A DNA stretch of 43,000 bases. Origin: Gemmatimonadales bacterium. Lineage in GTDB: Bacteria > Gemmatimonadota > Gemmatimonadetes > Gemmatimonadales > Gemmatimonadaceae. Of the stretch, positions 1 to 8,192 are shown piece by piece. The translations under genes and the position numbers were made by a program. Location of the stretch: contig JBBSVF010000001.1 of assembly GCA_038233745.1 (NCBI GenBank), positions 1-43,000 of the forward strand, in the 5' to 3' direction. Under the pieces are notes generated by a model. That model saw only the letters and a list, made by a program, of their open reading frames with translations. It did not search any database and was not told the origin of the DNA. Positions within the stretch are counted from its first letter, which is position 1. Each line of letters opens with the position of its first letter.

Positions 1-1
1 C

Positions 2-673
2 GAGGATCTCACCGATTACCTGCAGCAGGTGGGCGTGCGCGTGCGGTACATGCACTCGGACATCGATGCGATCGAGCGGATGGAAATTGTGCGCGGACTC
101 CGGCTCGGCGATTTCGACGTGCTGGTGGGCATCAACCTCCTGCGCGAGGGACTCGACATGCCCGAGGTCTCCCTCGTGGCGATTCTCGATGCGGATCAAG
201 AGGGATTTCTCCGGTCGGATCGCTCGCTCATCCAGACCGTGGGACGTGCCGCTCGCCATCTGAACGGACGGGCGATCTTCTACGCGGATCGGATCACCGG
301 ATCCATGCAGCGGTGCATGGAGGAAACCTCGCGCCGGCGCACGATCCAGGCGGCCCACAACGAGGAGCATGGCATCGTGCCCACCTCGGTCTCCAAGAGT
401 GTTGCGGAAGTCCGGTTCATCACGCGCGTGGCGGATGCGCGGGCCGAGCGTGCCGACGAGAAGCCGCGACGGGGAAAGAAGGTCGCTGAGAAGGCGTCGC
501 CATCGTACGACATGGTTGATCCCGCCACCCTGGTCTCGATGCTCGAGCAGCAGATGCGCGAGGCCGCGACCGCGCTCGACTTCGAGGCGGCGGCCCGGCT
601 TCGCGACCAGCTCTTCCAGGTGAAGGCACGGATGGCCGGTGCTTCAGCCGATCTCGCGGCCGACGCGTCCTGA
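2..673 (+). CDS. uvrB: Excinuclease ABC subunit B, C-terminal part (5' end lies outside the window)
   Basis: The reading frame is open from the window edge. It carries the helicase C-terminal motifs '[33 protein letters not shown]' and 'GRAAR', plus a C-terminal UVR domain '[18 protein letters not shown]'. Confidence 0.95.
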   Translation, partial: EDLTDYLQQVGVRVRYMHSDIDAIERMEIVRGLRLGDFDVLVGINLLREGLDMPEVSLVAILDADQEGFLRSDRSLIQTVGRAARHLNGRAIFYADRITGSMQRCMEETSRRRTIQAAHNEEHGIVPTSVSKSVAEVRFITRVADARAERADEKPRRGKKVAEKASPSYDMVDPATLVSMLEQQMREAATALDFEAAARLRDQLFQVKARMAGASADLAADAS

Positions 674-1143
674 TGTCGACCCCGGAGCATGGACCACTGA
701 TCCCTCCACTGGCCGACCAGGGGGCGAACGCCCTCACCCTGGACGAGCTTCGCGACTGGGGGCGCCGCTTCGGACGCTCGGCCCGCGCGCCACTGGTGAT
801 CACGATGGAGGGCGAGCTGGGCGCGGGGAAAACCACCCTCACGCAGGCCATCTGTGAGGGATTCGGTGTGCTCGACGAGGTCACAAGCCCCACCTACGCG
901 CTGGTGCACGAGTACGAGTCCGAGCGTGGGGTTGTACAGCACCTGGACCTGTATCGGCTGGAGTCTCCCCGGGACCTGGATACCATCGCCTGGGACGAGA
1001 TCATCGGAAGTCGCGCCCTGATCATCGTGGAATGGCCCGAGCGAGCCGGAGACCGGCTTCCCGCCGGCCGCGTCGTGCTCTCGCTCCAGCATCTGCCCGA
1101 CGATCCCGATCGGCGGTTGCTGTATGCGGGGTGGCATCGGTGA
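673..1143 (+). CDS. tsaE: tRNA t6A37 biosynthesis ATPase TsaE (YjeE)
   Basis: It has the P-loop 'GELGAGKTTLTQAI' and the motif 'SPTYALVHEY'. The ATG overlaps the uvrB TGA (TGATG). Confidence 0.9.
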   Translation: MSTPEHGPLIPPLADQGANALTLDELRDWGRRFGRSARAPLVITMEGELGAGKTTLTQAICEGFGVLDEVTSPTYALVHEYESERGVVQHLDLYRLESPRDLDTIAWDEIIGSRALIIVEWPERAGDRLPAGRVVLSLQHLPDDPDRRLLYAGWHR

Positions 1144-1802
1144 TCTGGCTCGCGCTGGATGCTTCGACATACACGGGAAGCGTCGCGTGCTTCCGGGATG
1201 CGCTCCTGCTCGGCGACGCAACCGTCGCGATGCGGGGGCGAGAGACGGAGGCGCTGATGCCAGCGGTGGCCGATGTGATGCGGGAGGCTGGCGTCGCTCC
1301 GGGTTCGCTGGATCGGGTTGCGTGCGGCGCGGGTCCCGGAAGCTTCACGAGCCTGCGGATTGCAGGTGCCATCGCGAAGGGGTTGTGCGTGAGCACCGGA
1401 TGCAGCCTGGCGTCATTCTCCTCCATGGCCCTGATCGCCGCAGGCGCTTGGCGAGATCGTGCAGAGCGCGTGCTTGTTGCCGTGGATGCGTTGCGCGGAG
1501 AGCACTACGCCCAGCTCTACGCGCTCGACGAGGCAGGGATGGTGACAGTGGCTGGCGAGCTTCAGCTGCTGTCGAGTGTGGAGCTGCCGCAGTGGGCGGA
1601 GGAGCACGGCGCAACGCTGGTGGGCCCGGATCAAGAGGGCGGTCTGCAGATGCCGATGGCGTCCAACGCTGCTCGCATCACAAATATGATACGACTTCAC
1701 ACCGCTGCCGAACTGGCGGAGTGGGAGCCTGTGTACGGACGACTCGCCGAGGCGCAAGTGCGGTGGGAGGCGGAGCAGGGGCGGCCCCTTGATGGTGGGT
1801 GA
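1140..1802 (+). CDS. tsaB: tRNA t6A37 biosynthesis protein TsaB (YeaZ)
   Basis: The GTG at 1140 overlaps the tsaE stop (GTGA). Motifs are 'LALDASTYTGSVA' and 'GPGSFTSLRIAGAIAKGL'. The longer ORF starting at 1032 would overlap tsaE. Confidence 0.85.
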   Translation: MIWLALDASTYTGSVACFRDALLLGDATVAMRGRETEALMPAVADVMREAGVAPGSLDRVACGAGPGSFTSLRIAGAIAKGLCVSTGCSLASFSSMALIAAGAWRDRAERVLVAVDALRGEHYAQLYALDEAGMVTVAGELQLLSSVELPQWAEEHGATLVGPDQEGGLQMPMASNAARITNMIRLHTAAELAEWEPVYGRLAEAQVRWEAEQGRPLDGG

Positions 1803-2268
1803 TCGGGTCCAGCCAGTGAGGATTCGCGTGGCACGGGCGGCCGACCTGGATGGAATTTCTGCGATCGAACGTGCATCATTCGGCGATCCATGGTCGGACC
1901 GCTCGCTGCTGACGTCCATCGAGGAAGCGCGTATTCAGGTGCTCGTGGCGGAAGTCGGCACGGGACCGCAATGCCTGATCGTGGGATTCGTCGTCGCACT
2001 GATGCTCGACCAGGAGGCGGAGATCGCGGACATCGCGGTGGCGCCGGATCGCCGGCAGTGTGGAGCCGGCGGAATGCTGCTCGATGGCATCCTGGATGCA
2101 GCCCGCACAGGCGGTATCAGGGAGGTCCATCTGGAGGTCAGGGAGGCGAACGACTCCGCCCGACGGCTGTACCGCAGCCGAGGATTCGTTGAAGTCGGCA
2201 GGCGCCGAGGGTACTATCGCTCGCCGGTCGAGGATGCCTTGATCCTCCGGCTTCAGCTCGATAGGTGA
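1789..2268 (+). CDS. rimI: GNAT acetyltransferase, ribosomal-protein-alanine N-acetyltransferase RimI-like
   Basis: It carries the acetyl-CoA motif 'IADIAVAPDRRQCGAGGMLL' and shows the classic tsaE-tsaB-rimI synteny. The exact start is uncertain (ATG at 1789 or 1792). Confidence 0.8.
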   Translation: MMVGDRVQPVRIRVARAADLDGISAIERASFGDPWSDRSLLTSIEEARIQVLVAEVGTGPQCLIVGFVVALMLDQEAEIADIAVAPDRRQCGAGGMLLDGILDAARTGGIREVHLEVREANDSARRLYRSRGFVEVGRRRGYYRSPVEDALILRLQLDR

Positions 2269-2274
2269 AATAAA

Positions 2275-2313
2275 GTTTCACATGAGGTGAGTAGGTGCAA
2301 TCTCATGTGAAAC
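2275..2313. promoter_or_regulatory. Perfect 12-bp inverted repeat GTTTCACATGAG-N15-CTCATGTGAAAC
   Basis: Read directly from the sequence. It is AT-rich and sits 7 nt after the rimI stop. An A-rich tract (AAATAAA) lies on its 5' side and no T-tract lies on its 3' side, so it is not a classical + strand terminator. It may be an operator or an antisense-oriented terminator. Confidence 0.45.
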
Positions 2314-2350
2314 AAGCAGTTGCAGGTGTTGTCAACATTTTGGACTGGCA

Positions 2351-2370
2351 TGCGTGAAAAGGGTCACGCA
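2351..2370. promoter_or_regulatory. Palindrome TGCGTGA-N6-TCACGCA, flanked by two GTCAACATT direct repeats (2331-2339 and 2381-2389)
   Basis: Read directly from the sequence in the ssb upstream region. The two 9-mers are exactly 50 nt apart and bracket the palindrome. Confidence 0.4.
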
Positions 2371-2396
2371 CCGGCTGGACGTCAACATTAGCGTAC

Positions 2397-2420
2397 GGAC
2401 GAGGCATCGATCTCTCGTCC
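2397..2420 (+). promoter_or_regulatory. 5'-leader hairpin GGACGAG-N10-CTCGTCC just upstream of the ssb Shine-Dalgarno sequence
   Basis: A 7-bp inverted repeat ends 4 nt before GGAGGAA (2424-2430). The ssb ATG is at 2437. Confidence 0.4.
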
Positions 2421-2436
2421 ACTGGAGGAACACATC

Positions 2437-2937
2437 ATGAGCCGTAGCTTGAACAAGGCCACTTTGATCGGCAATCTTGGAAGCGATCCCGAAGTACGCT
2501 CCACAACGGGTGGAAGCCGTGTCGCCACCTTCTCACTCGCCACCAGCCGTACCTGGAATGATGCGGGCGGAACCAAGCAGGAGAAGACGGAATGGCATCG
2601 CTGCGTGGTCTGGAACACCAAGTCGTCGCAGCTCGCCGACATCGTGGAGAAGTACGTGAAGAAGGGCGACAAGCTCTTCATCGAAGGCCGTATCGAGTAC
2701 CGCCAGTGGCAGGACAAGGACGGTCAGACGAAGTACACCACGGAGATCAACGTCCGCGAACTGATCATGCTCGGGGCTCCCTCGGGCGGCGGCGGCGGTC
2801 GCGGCGCCGAGTATGAGGGCGAGGCAGCTCGGCCCCGTGCTTCCGCACCGGCGAAGGCGAAGGCGGGCGGAGGCGGCGACGACTTCGAGGACTTCCCGGG
2901 CGCACTCGCCGACGAGGACGATGACCTGCCGTTCTGA
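2437..2937 (+). CDS. ssb: Single-stranded DNA-binding protein
   Basis: It has the OB-fold N-terminus 'NKATLIGNLGSDPEVR', a Gly-rich linker and the acidic C-terminal tip 'DDDLPF'. A strong SD sequence (GGAGGAA) precedes it. Confidence 0.95.
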   Translation: MSRSLNKATLIGNLGSDPEVRSTTGGSRVATFSLATSRTWNDAGGTKQEKTEWHRCVVWNTKSSQLADIVEKYVKKGDKLFIEGRIEYRQWQDKDGQTKYTTEINVRELIMLGAPSGGGGGRGAEYEGEAARPRASAPAKAKAGGGGDDFEDFPGALADEDDDLPF

Positions 2938-3021
2938 CAAGTTGTTGTGGATAACCCGGGCGGACGTCTGAGTTGATTTCCAGCCGTCGTCGCTCGTGGG
3001 TGACGTGGAGCACATACGGAC

Positions 3022-3058
3022 ACCGGCCAGCCCGCTACCATCGCGAGTGCTGGCCGGT
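3022..3058 (+). terminator. Candidate ssb terminator hairpin ACCGGCCAGC-N17-GCTGGCCGGT
   Basis: It has a 10-bp perfect GC-rich stem 85 nt after the ssb stop. The T-tract is weak (ATCGCATTC). A second short hairpin lies at about 3093-3110, followed by TTGT. Confidence 0.35.
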
Positions 3059-3159
3059 ATCGCATTCAGCATCGAATCGTCATTCGGGCAGTCCCGTCCA
3101 GGTGGACGGGTTGTCGTGCATTCACGCGCCCTTGCCGGCGCCGCCTCCCCCGCGACTGC

Positions 3160-4236
3160 GTGTCACATCCCCGTCTCGGCTGGTCGATCGCCGCTGCCCT
3201 CCTCGTTGGTGCAGCGCCTCTCGGTACTCTCGCTGCCCAGGCCCAGAGCCAGGAGCCCGTCACCACGACGCATACGGTGCGGCGCGGCGATACCCTGTGG
3301 GATCTCGCCCGCACGTTTCTGGGCGACTTCTACCTGTGGCCCGACATCTATCGGTTGAATACCGACGTCATCGAGGACCCGCACTGGATCTATCCCGGTG
3401 AGGTACTTCGGATTCCCGGAGGCACCGCGGCTGCCCCTGCGCGCGCAACGAGTCTCCAGGCGCCCACCGTCTTCCGTCCAGCCATCCTCGCGGCACCGCG
3501 GCGGAGCAACAACGCGGAGCGAGCGGCCCCGCCGCGCGTGCCCATCGGCGATGTCGTGAGGGCGGCCTGGATCGGTCCGCGCGGCGGGCCGACCGGCTCC
3601 GGCAAGATCCACTTCCGCACGGATATTCCAGGAATCGATCGCGAACGCTCCACCACCAACTTCCAGCTCTTCGACCGGGTGCTCGTGTCGACACCGGCGA
3701 ACGTCGCGGGTCAGCCGGGCGACCTCATGGTGGCGTACACGCTGGGCGACGAGATCGAGGACGTGGGCCGCGTCGTGATTCCCGCCGGCGTGCTGCGGGT
3801 GGTTCGGCCGGCGCAGAATGGCGAAGGTACGGTGGCTGAGGTGCGTGAGCTGTACGGGCAGATCGATGCGAATGTGCATCTCGTTCCGCTCGACACCGCG
3901 GGCGCCGGTGCGTCGGGAACGCCACTACCGGTGAGCGGACTGCGCACCGCCAGGGTGCTGGCCGTCCATCGCGACGCCGTGCTGCCCTCGAACGACTACG
4001 AAGTGCTCTTCGCCCTCTCGTCGTCGGACGGCATGCACATCGGCGACGAGATCGAGATCTACCGCGCCGCACAACAGGGCGTGGAGGGTGAACGGCCGGG
4101 CGTTCCCGAGGTGCTCATCGCGACGGCGCGCGTCATTCGCGTGACCCCGTACGGCAGCACCGCCCGGATCACGCAGCATCTTCAGCCGGCGATCCAGGTT
4201 GACGAGAGCGTCCGTGTGGTGGCGCGCATGCCCTGA
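3160..4236 (+). CDS. Secreted LysM peptidoglycan-binding domain protein
   Basis: The GTG start is followed by a signal-peptide-like 'LGWSIAAALLVGAAPLGTLAAQAQ'. The LysM motif is 'HTVRRGDTLWDLARTF...YPGEVLRIP'. The C-terminal ~250 aa are unassigned. Confidence 0.8.
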   Translation: MSHPRLGWSIAAALLVGAAPLGTLAAQAQSQEPVTTTHTVRRGDTLWDLARTFLGDFYLWPDIYRLNTDVIEDPHWIYPGEVLRIPGGTAAAPARATSLQAPTVFRPAILAAPRRSNNAERAAPPRVPIGDVVRAAWIGPRGGPTGSGKIHFRTDIPGIDRERSTTNFQLFDRVLVSTPANVAGQPGDLMVAYTLGDEIEDVGRVVIPAGVLRVVRPAQNGEGTVAEVRELYGQIDANVHLVPLDTAGAGASGTPLPVSGLRTARVLAVHRDAVLPSNDYEVLFALSSSDGMHIGDEIEIYRAAQQGVEGERPGVPEVLIATARVIRVTPYGSTARITQHLQPAIQVDESVRVVARMP

Positions 4237-4280
4237 CAGGTGGGTGTAAGGTGTGAGCAGCCATTAGATTAGGCCATCGA

Positions 4281-5090
4281 ATGACTGCGATCGCTCACTT
4301 CATCGCCATCACGCTGTACGTAGCTGCCGCTGCCCTCGCCGCTACCCCCTTCGCGCGGCCGGTGGCAGCGCCGGTCCGTGGAGTGATCGTCCTGCTGGCG
4401 CTCGGCGTCGCCGCGCACGCCACTGCCCTGCTGGTGTTTGTGGCTCGCATGGGCCAGTTGCCGGTCACCGGCCTCGGTCCGTCGCTCTCATTTGCGGGCA
4501 TTCTGCTCGCGATCACTCTCCTGGTGGTCGAGGTGGTCGCGCGCGACGTGAGCCTCACGCTCGTGGCGGCGCCCATGGCCGCGATCGCCACGGTCTGCGC
4601 GAACCTGCTGGGACTCACACCGGGCATGGATCCCGGCGGCGCGCGGGGTGCCTGGCTCGTTGCCCACATTGCTCTCAGCTTCGCCGGCATCGCTGCCTTC
4701 GGCACGGCGGCCGTTGCAGGAGTGTTGTACCTGGTGGAGCGACGCGAGCTCAAATCTCGCCGCTTCGGGGCGATCTACCGTATCTTCCCCCCGCTCCAGA
4801 CGCTCGATCGCGTGAATCACATCGGGGCGGTGGTCGGATGGATCGGCCTGACCGTCGGTGTGGTGCTCGCCGTGTCATACTCGCTGCACTATCGCGACGT
4901 GAGCGCACCCAAGCTGGTCTGGGCGCTCGGCGCGTGGCTGGCGGTGACGACGGTTGCGCTGGGCCGCGTGCTGGGAGGCTGGCAGGCGCGCCGGGCGGCC
5001 ATCTACTCCAGCGTGAGCTTCGCGGCTGTGGTGGTGCTCTACCTGGCGGTGCGCATCACCGAAAGCAACGCCGGCGGTCGCTTCCTGTGA
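4281..5090 (+). CDS. Polytopic membrane protein, cytochrome c assembly (CcsA/HemX-like) family
   Basis: It has about 8 hydrophobic segments. It sits immediately upstream of sirC-like and hemA, mirroring hemA-hemX type clusters. The family assignment comes from architecture and context only. Confidence 0.6.
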   Translation: MTAIAHFIAITLYVAAAALAATPFARPVAAPVRGVIVLLALGVAAHATALLVFVARMGQLPVTGLGPSLSFAGILLAITLLVVEVVARDVSLTLVAAPMAAIATVCANLLGLTPGMDPGGARGAWLVAHIALSFAGIAAFGTAAVAGVLYLVERRELKSRRFGAIYRIFPPLQTLDRVNHIGAVVGWIGLTVGVVLAVSYSLHYRDVSAPKLVWALGAWLAVTTVALGRVLGGWQARRAAIYSSVSFAAVVVLYLAVRITESNAGGRFL

Positions 5091-5680
5091 GCGGCATTCC
5101 CCTGCTCGTGGAAGCCTCGGGCCTCCGGGTGCTCGTCGTCGGCGCCGGCACGGTAGGCATTCGGCGGGCGTCTGTCTTCGCCGATGGCGGGGCAATCGTT
5201 CGCGTCATCTCGCGTGAGATGCCACCATCCTGCCCCGCCGTGTGGACGATGATCTGTCGCGAGTATCGCGCGGGAGACATCGGCGACGCGCAGCTCGTGG
5301 TCGCCGCGACGAGCGACGCGGCGGTGAACGCGCGCATCGCGGCGGACGCAGCGGCGACAGGGGTACTCTGCAACCTGGCCAGCGACGGGGCCGCAGGCAC
5401 GGTCACGATGATGTCCGTGCATCGCGAGAACGATCTGGTGGTGGGGGTGTCAGCGGGCGGCCTTCCGGCTGCATCGCGACGCATCCGGGATGCGATTGCC
5501 CTGCGGTTCGACAGGCGCTACGGAGCGGTGATCGCCTCGCTCCGCGAGCTTCGGCGTTCGGTCATCGCCGAGTACGGCGCCGATGAATGGAAGCGACGCG
5601 CGGACGCAACGCTCGATGCGCAGTTCTGCTCCCGGGTGGAGAATGGCGACATCGCGCAGGAGCTGTCCGGATGGCAGTAA
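5087..5680 (+). CDS. Precorrin-2 dehydrogenase / sirohydrochlorin ferrochelatase-like protein (siroheme synthase N-terminal domain)
   Basis: The GTG at 5087 overlaps the upstream stop (GTGA). It has the Rossmann motif 'VLVVGAGTVGIRRA'. The long ORF starting at 4838 would overlap the upstream membrane gene. Confidence 0.7.
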   Translation: MSGIPLLVEASGLRVLVVGAGTVGIRRASVFADGGAIVRVISREMPPSCPAVWTMICREYRAGDIGDAQLVVAATSDAAVNARIAADAAATGVLCNLASDGAAGTVTMMSVHRENDLVVGVSAGGLPAASRRIRDAIALRFDRRYGAVIASLRELRRSVIAEYGADEWKRRADATLDAQFCSRVENGDIAQELSGWQ

Positions 5681-6948
5681 CCGTCGTTGGAGTGAGCCAC
5701 CACGGCGCGCCGCTGGAGGTTCGCGAGCGCCTGGCATTCGCTCCCCGCGAAGTGGGACCGGCACTCGCTCGCCTGCGCGAGGGCCATGTGGCATCGGAGG
5801 CCGTGTTGCTCAGTACCTGCAATCGCACCGAGCTGTATTTCGTGGAGGGAGATGCCTCAGCGACCGGGACGGCGTGGAATATCCTGAACGCCAAGCTGGG
5901 CGACGATGCCAGCCGATATGGCTATGTGCGACATGATCGCGAGGCGACCGCGCATCTGTTCCGGGTGACGTCGGGCCTCGATTCGATGATGGTGGGCGAG
6001 GCGCAGATCCACGGTCAGGTGCGCGACGCGTGGGAAACGTGCCGGGCAACCTCCGCGGTGGTGTTGAACCGTCTTTTTCAGGCGGCTTTGCTCACCGGCG
6101 GACGCGTGCGCAGTGAGACGCAGGTGGGACACGGCGCCCTCAGTGTCAGTGCGGCCGCCGTCCAGCTCGCGAAGAAGATCTTCGGGTCATTGGCTGAGCG
6201 GCGGGTGATGGTGCTGGGAGCGGGGGAGATGGCGGAGTTGGCGCTGGAGTCGCTCCAGCGGGAGGGGGTGCGGGCTGCCGTGGTGGCGAATCGCACCTTC
6301 GAACGCGCGCAGCAGCTCGCCGAACGCTATGACGCCACCGCAGTGCATTACGAGGAGGCCTGGGCGTCGCTGCCGGAGGTTGACCTGCTGCTCTGCTCCA
6401 CCGCCGCCTCTCGTCCGGTGGTGAGCGAGGAGCGCGTGCGCGCTGCGGTGGAGCGACGGGGCGATCGTCCTCTCTGTATCCTGGACATCGCCGTGCCGCG
6501 CGACGTGGAAGCATCCGTCGCCAATCTCCAGAACGTCTTTCTCTATGATCTCGACGACCTGCAGGCGGTGGTCGAGTCGAATCGGCGCCGGCGCAGTGGC
6601 GAGATGCCAGCCGCGCAAGCGGTGATCGACCAGGAAGTCGATCGCTACTGGCAGTGGCTGGCGGGCCTTTCGGCGGTTCCCGTTCTCATGCAGTTGCGCG
6701 ACGAAATGAACCGGATTCGCGAGCGTGAACTGTCTCTCGCGCTTCGGCGGATGGGCGACCTGACGCCCGACCAGCGGGCGGTGGTGGAGCACTTCGCCAG
6801 CTCGCTGACGCAGAAGTTCCTGCACGGGCCAACCGTCCGGTTGCGAAGTGCGGCGGCAAACGGACGCGGGCTGGGCGTCGTGGATGCCGCGCGGTATCTC
6901 TTTGCACTGGAAGCCATGCCCGCCGACGAAGAGGGCGGCACGGAATGA
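5671..6948 (+). CDS. hemA: Glutamyl-tRNA reductase
   Basis: It begins 'MAVTVVGVSHHGAPLEVRERLAF', has the active-site motif 'LSTCNRTELYF' and the NADPH site 'VLGAGEMAEL'. The ATG at 5671 overlaps the upstream gene by 10 nt. Confidence 0.93.
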   Translation: MAVTVVGVSHHGAPLEVRERLAFAPREVGPALARLREGHVASEAVLLSTCNRTELYFVEGDASATGTAWNILNAKLGDDASRYGYVRHDREATAHLFRVTSGLDSMMVGEAQIHGQVRDAWETCRATSAVVLNRLFQAALLTGGRVRSETQVGHGALSVSAAAVQLAKKIFGSLAERRVMVLGAGEMAELALESLQREGVRAAVVANRTFERAQQLAERYDATAVHYEEAWASLPEVDLLLCSTAASRPVVSEERVRAAVERRGDRPLCILDIAVPRDVEASVANLQNVFLYDLDDLQAVVESNRRRRSGEMPAAQAVIDQEVDRYWQWLAGLSAVPVLMQLRDEMNRIRERELSLALRRMGDLTPDQRAVVEHFASSLTQKFLHGPTVRLRSAAANGRGLGVVDAARYLFALEAMPADEEGGTE

Positions 6949-6970
6949 CACATCCGCCTCATCGCCTGTC

Positions 6971-6989
6971 ATCCCGCGAGCAGCGGGAT
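6971..6989 (+). terminator. Weak hairpin ATCCCGC-GAGCA-GCGGGAT after hemA
   Basis: A 7-bp stem with a 5-nt loop lies 23 nt after the hemA stop. There is no U-tract. Confidence 0.25.
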
Positions 6990-7048
6990 ACCATTCAGCC
7001 GGCCTGTGGTCCGCTCACTGTTGGTTTCACACTTCTCGCACGTCACGC

Positions 7049-7780
7049 ATGATCGCACTCCTGCAGTCCGCTGGCGCCGTTCCCACCTCCGCGAAGGACC
7101 TGGTCCTGCACGCGAGCACCGAAACGCAGGTGGTGCTGGGAATCCTCATCGTGTTGTCGCTGGTCAGCTGGGCCATCATGTTCGGAGTCGGACGCGAACT
7201 CTCGAAGTCTCTCTCGAATGCCACGGCGTTCGCGCGCGAGGTGGAGCGAGGGGGGCGACTCGAGGCCGCTGCCAACGCCGCACGCCACGCCACGCCGAAT
7301 GCCGCGCAGCGCACCTTCCTGCGCGCCATGCAGTTCGTGGACGACGCGGGGCCCCGTGCCGCTGGCACCGGCGTTGACGCAGAAGTCCGCGCCGCCTCGC
7401 CGTCCGCCGCCGCTGCACAGGTGGAGACACTGCGCCTGGTGCTCGATGCCGATGGGCTCACGGAGCGCGACCGGCTGGGCCGCTTTCTTCCCTGGCTCGC
7501 CACCATCGGTTCGGCGAGCCCGCTGATCGGGCTGCTCGGTACTGTGCTTGGCGTCATCAGCGCCTTCGTCGGCATTGCGACCAGTGGATCGGGCAACCTC
7601 GCCGCCGTCGCTCCAGGTGTGGCCGAGGCGCTCATCGCGACGGCGGCGGCGCTGACCGTGGCCATTCCCGCCACCTTCGGATACAACATTCTTGCGAACC
7701 GTCTCAACCGGCTGGACAATCTGCTGGAGGGCTTCGGGACGACTGTGATCGCCATGCTCGTGCGCGAGGGCCGCGTCTAG
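7049..7780 (+). CDS. tolQ: MotA/TolQ/ExbB proton-channel protein
   Basis: It carries 'LATIGSASPLIGLLGTVLGVI'. It is followed by ExbD/TolR, a TonB/TolA-like protein, TolB, Pal and CpoB. The start was chosen at the ATG at 7049 (MIALLQS...). Confidence 0.88.
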   Translation: MIALLQSAGAVPTSAKDLVLHASTETQVVLGILIVLSLVSWAIMFGVGRELSKSLSNATAFAREVERGGRLEAAANAARHATPNAAQRTFLRAMQFVDDAGPRAAGTGVDAEVRAASPSAAAAQVETLRLVLDADGLTERDRLGRFLPWLATIGSASPLIGLLGTVLGVISAFVGIATSGSGNLAAVAPGVAEALIATAAALTVAIPATFGYNILANRLNRLDNLLEGFGTTVIAMLVREGRV

Positions 7781-7781
7781 C

Positions 7782-8192
7782 ATGCGCGGACGCCGGCGCG
7801 AGGGATTGCCGCTCAACTCGGAGATCAACGTCGTCAGCCTGATCGACGTGATGCTCCTGCTGCTCGTGATCTTCATGATCACCGCGCCCATGATGCAGGG
7901 CGGGGTGGACATCGCCCTGCCGAAGGCGGAGGCAAAGGCGCTCGAGCCGAAGAGCGGCCTCGTGGTGAGCATCGACCGCGCCGGGGCAGTCTATGTGGAC
8001 GACACGCGGATGAGTCTCTCTGAGTTTCGTTCGTCCTTTCGCGCGCTGGCGTCGAGCCGTGCGCACGATGGCGTGTACCTCCGTGCCGACGCTGGCGTGC
8101 CGTACGGAACGGTGGCGCAGGTGCTCGCGGCGATGCGTACCGCCGGTGTGGGCGACGTGGGGCTGGTCACCGACCCCGACGTCGGCCCGTGA
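7782..8192 (+). CDS. tolR: ExbD/TolR biopolymer transport protein
   Basis: It carries 'EINVVSLIDVMLLLLVIFMI' and is 136 aa long. Confidence 0.88.
   Translation: MRGRRREGLPLNSEINVVSLIDVMLLLLVIFMITAPMMQGGVDIALPKAEAKALEPKSGLVVSIDRAGAVYVDDTRMSLSEFRSSFRALASSRAHDGVYLRADAGVPYGTVAQVLAAMRTAGVGDVGLVTDPDVGP

Noticed and set aside
280-1221. A 313-aa minus-strand ORF opposite uvrB and tsaE.
   Set aside because: It is antisense to two genes with strong motifs and has an Arg/Pro/Gly/Ser-rich composition. It is a shadow ORF.
2269-2436. A shared SOS (LexA) box between the ssb upstream region and the recA upstream region (37852-37961).
   Set aside because: The only common string I could find is a 7-mer (GTACGCT / AGCGTAC). 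That is too short to be meaningful. None of the palindromes in one region recurs in the other, so I do not claim a common operator.
6848-7048. Long N-terminal extensions offered by the ORF track, for example tolQ from 6848. Others are tsaB from 1032, sirC-like from 4838, hemA from 5587, pal from 10068, cpoB from 10079, hutI from 19669, ppiD from 27613, TPR2 from 27381, pilT from 31642, accC from 32733, ftsK from 34854, recA from 37848 and recX from 39155.
   Set aside because: The extensions overlap the preceding well-supported genes or cross spacers. They have poor composition. Internal starts reproduce the canonical family N-termini, often with the ATGA, GTGA or TGATG coupling typical of this window.
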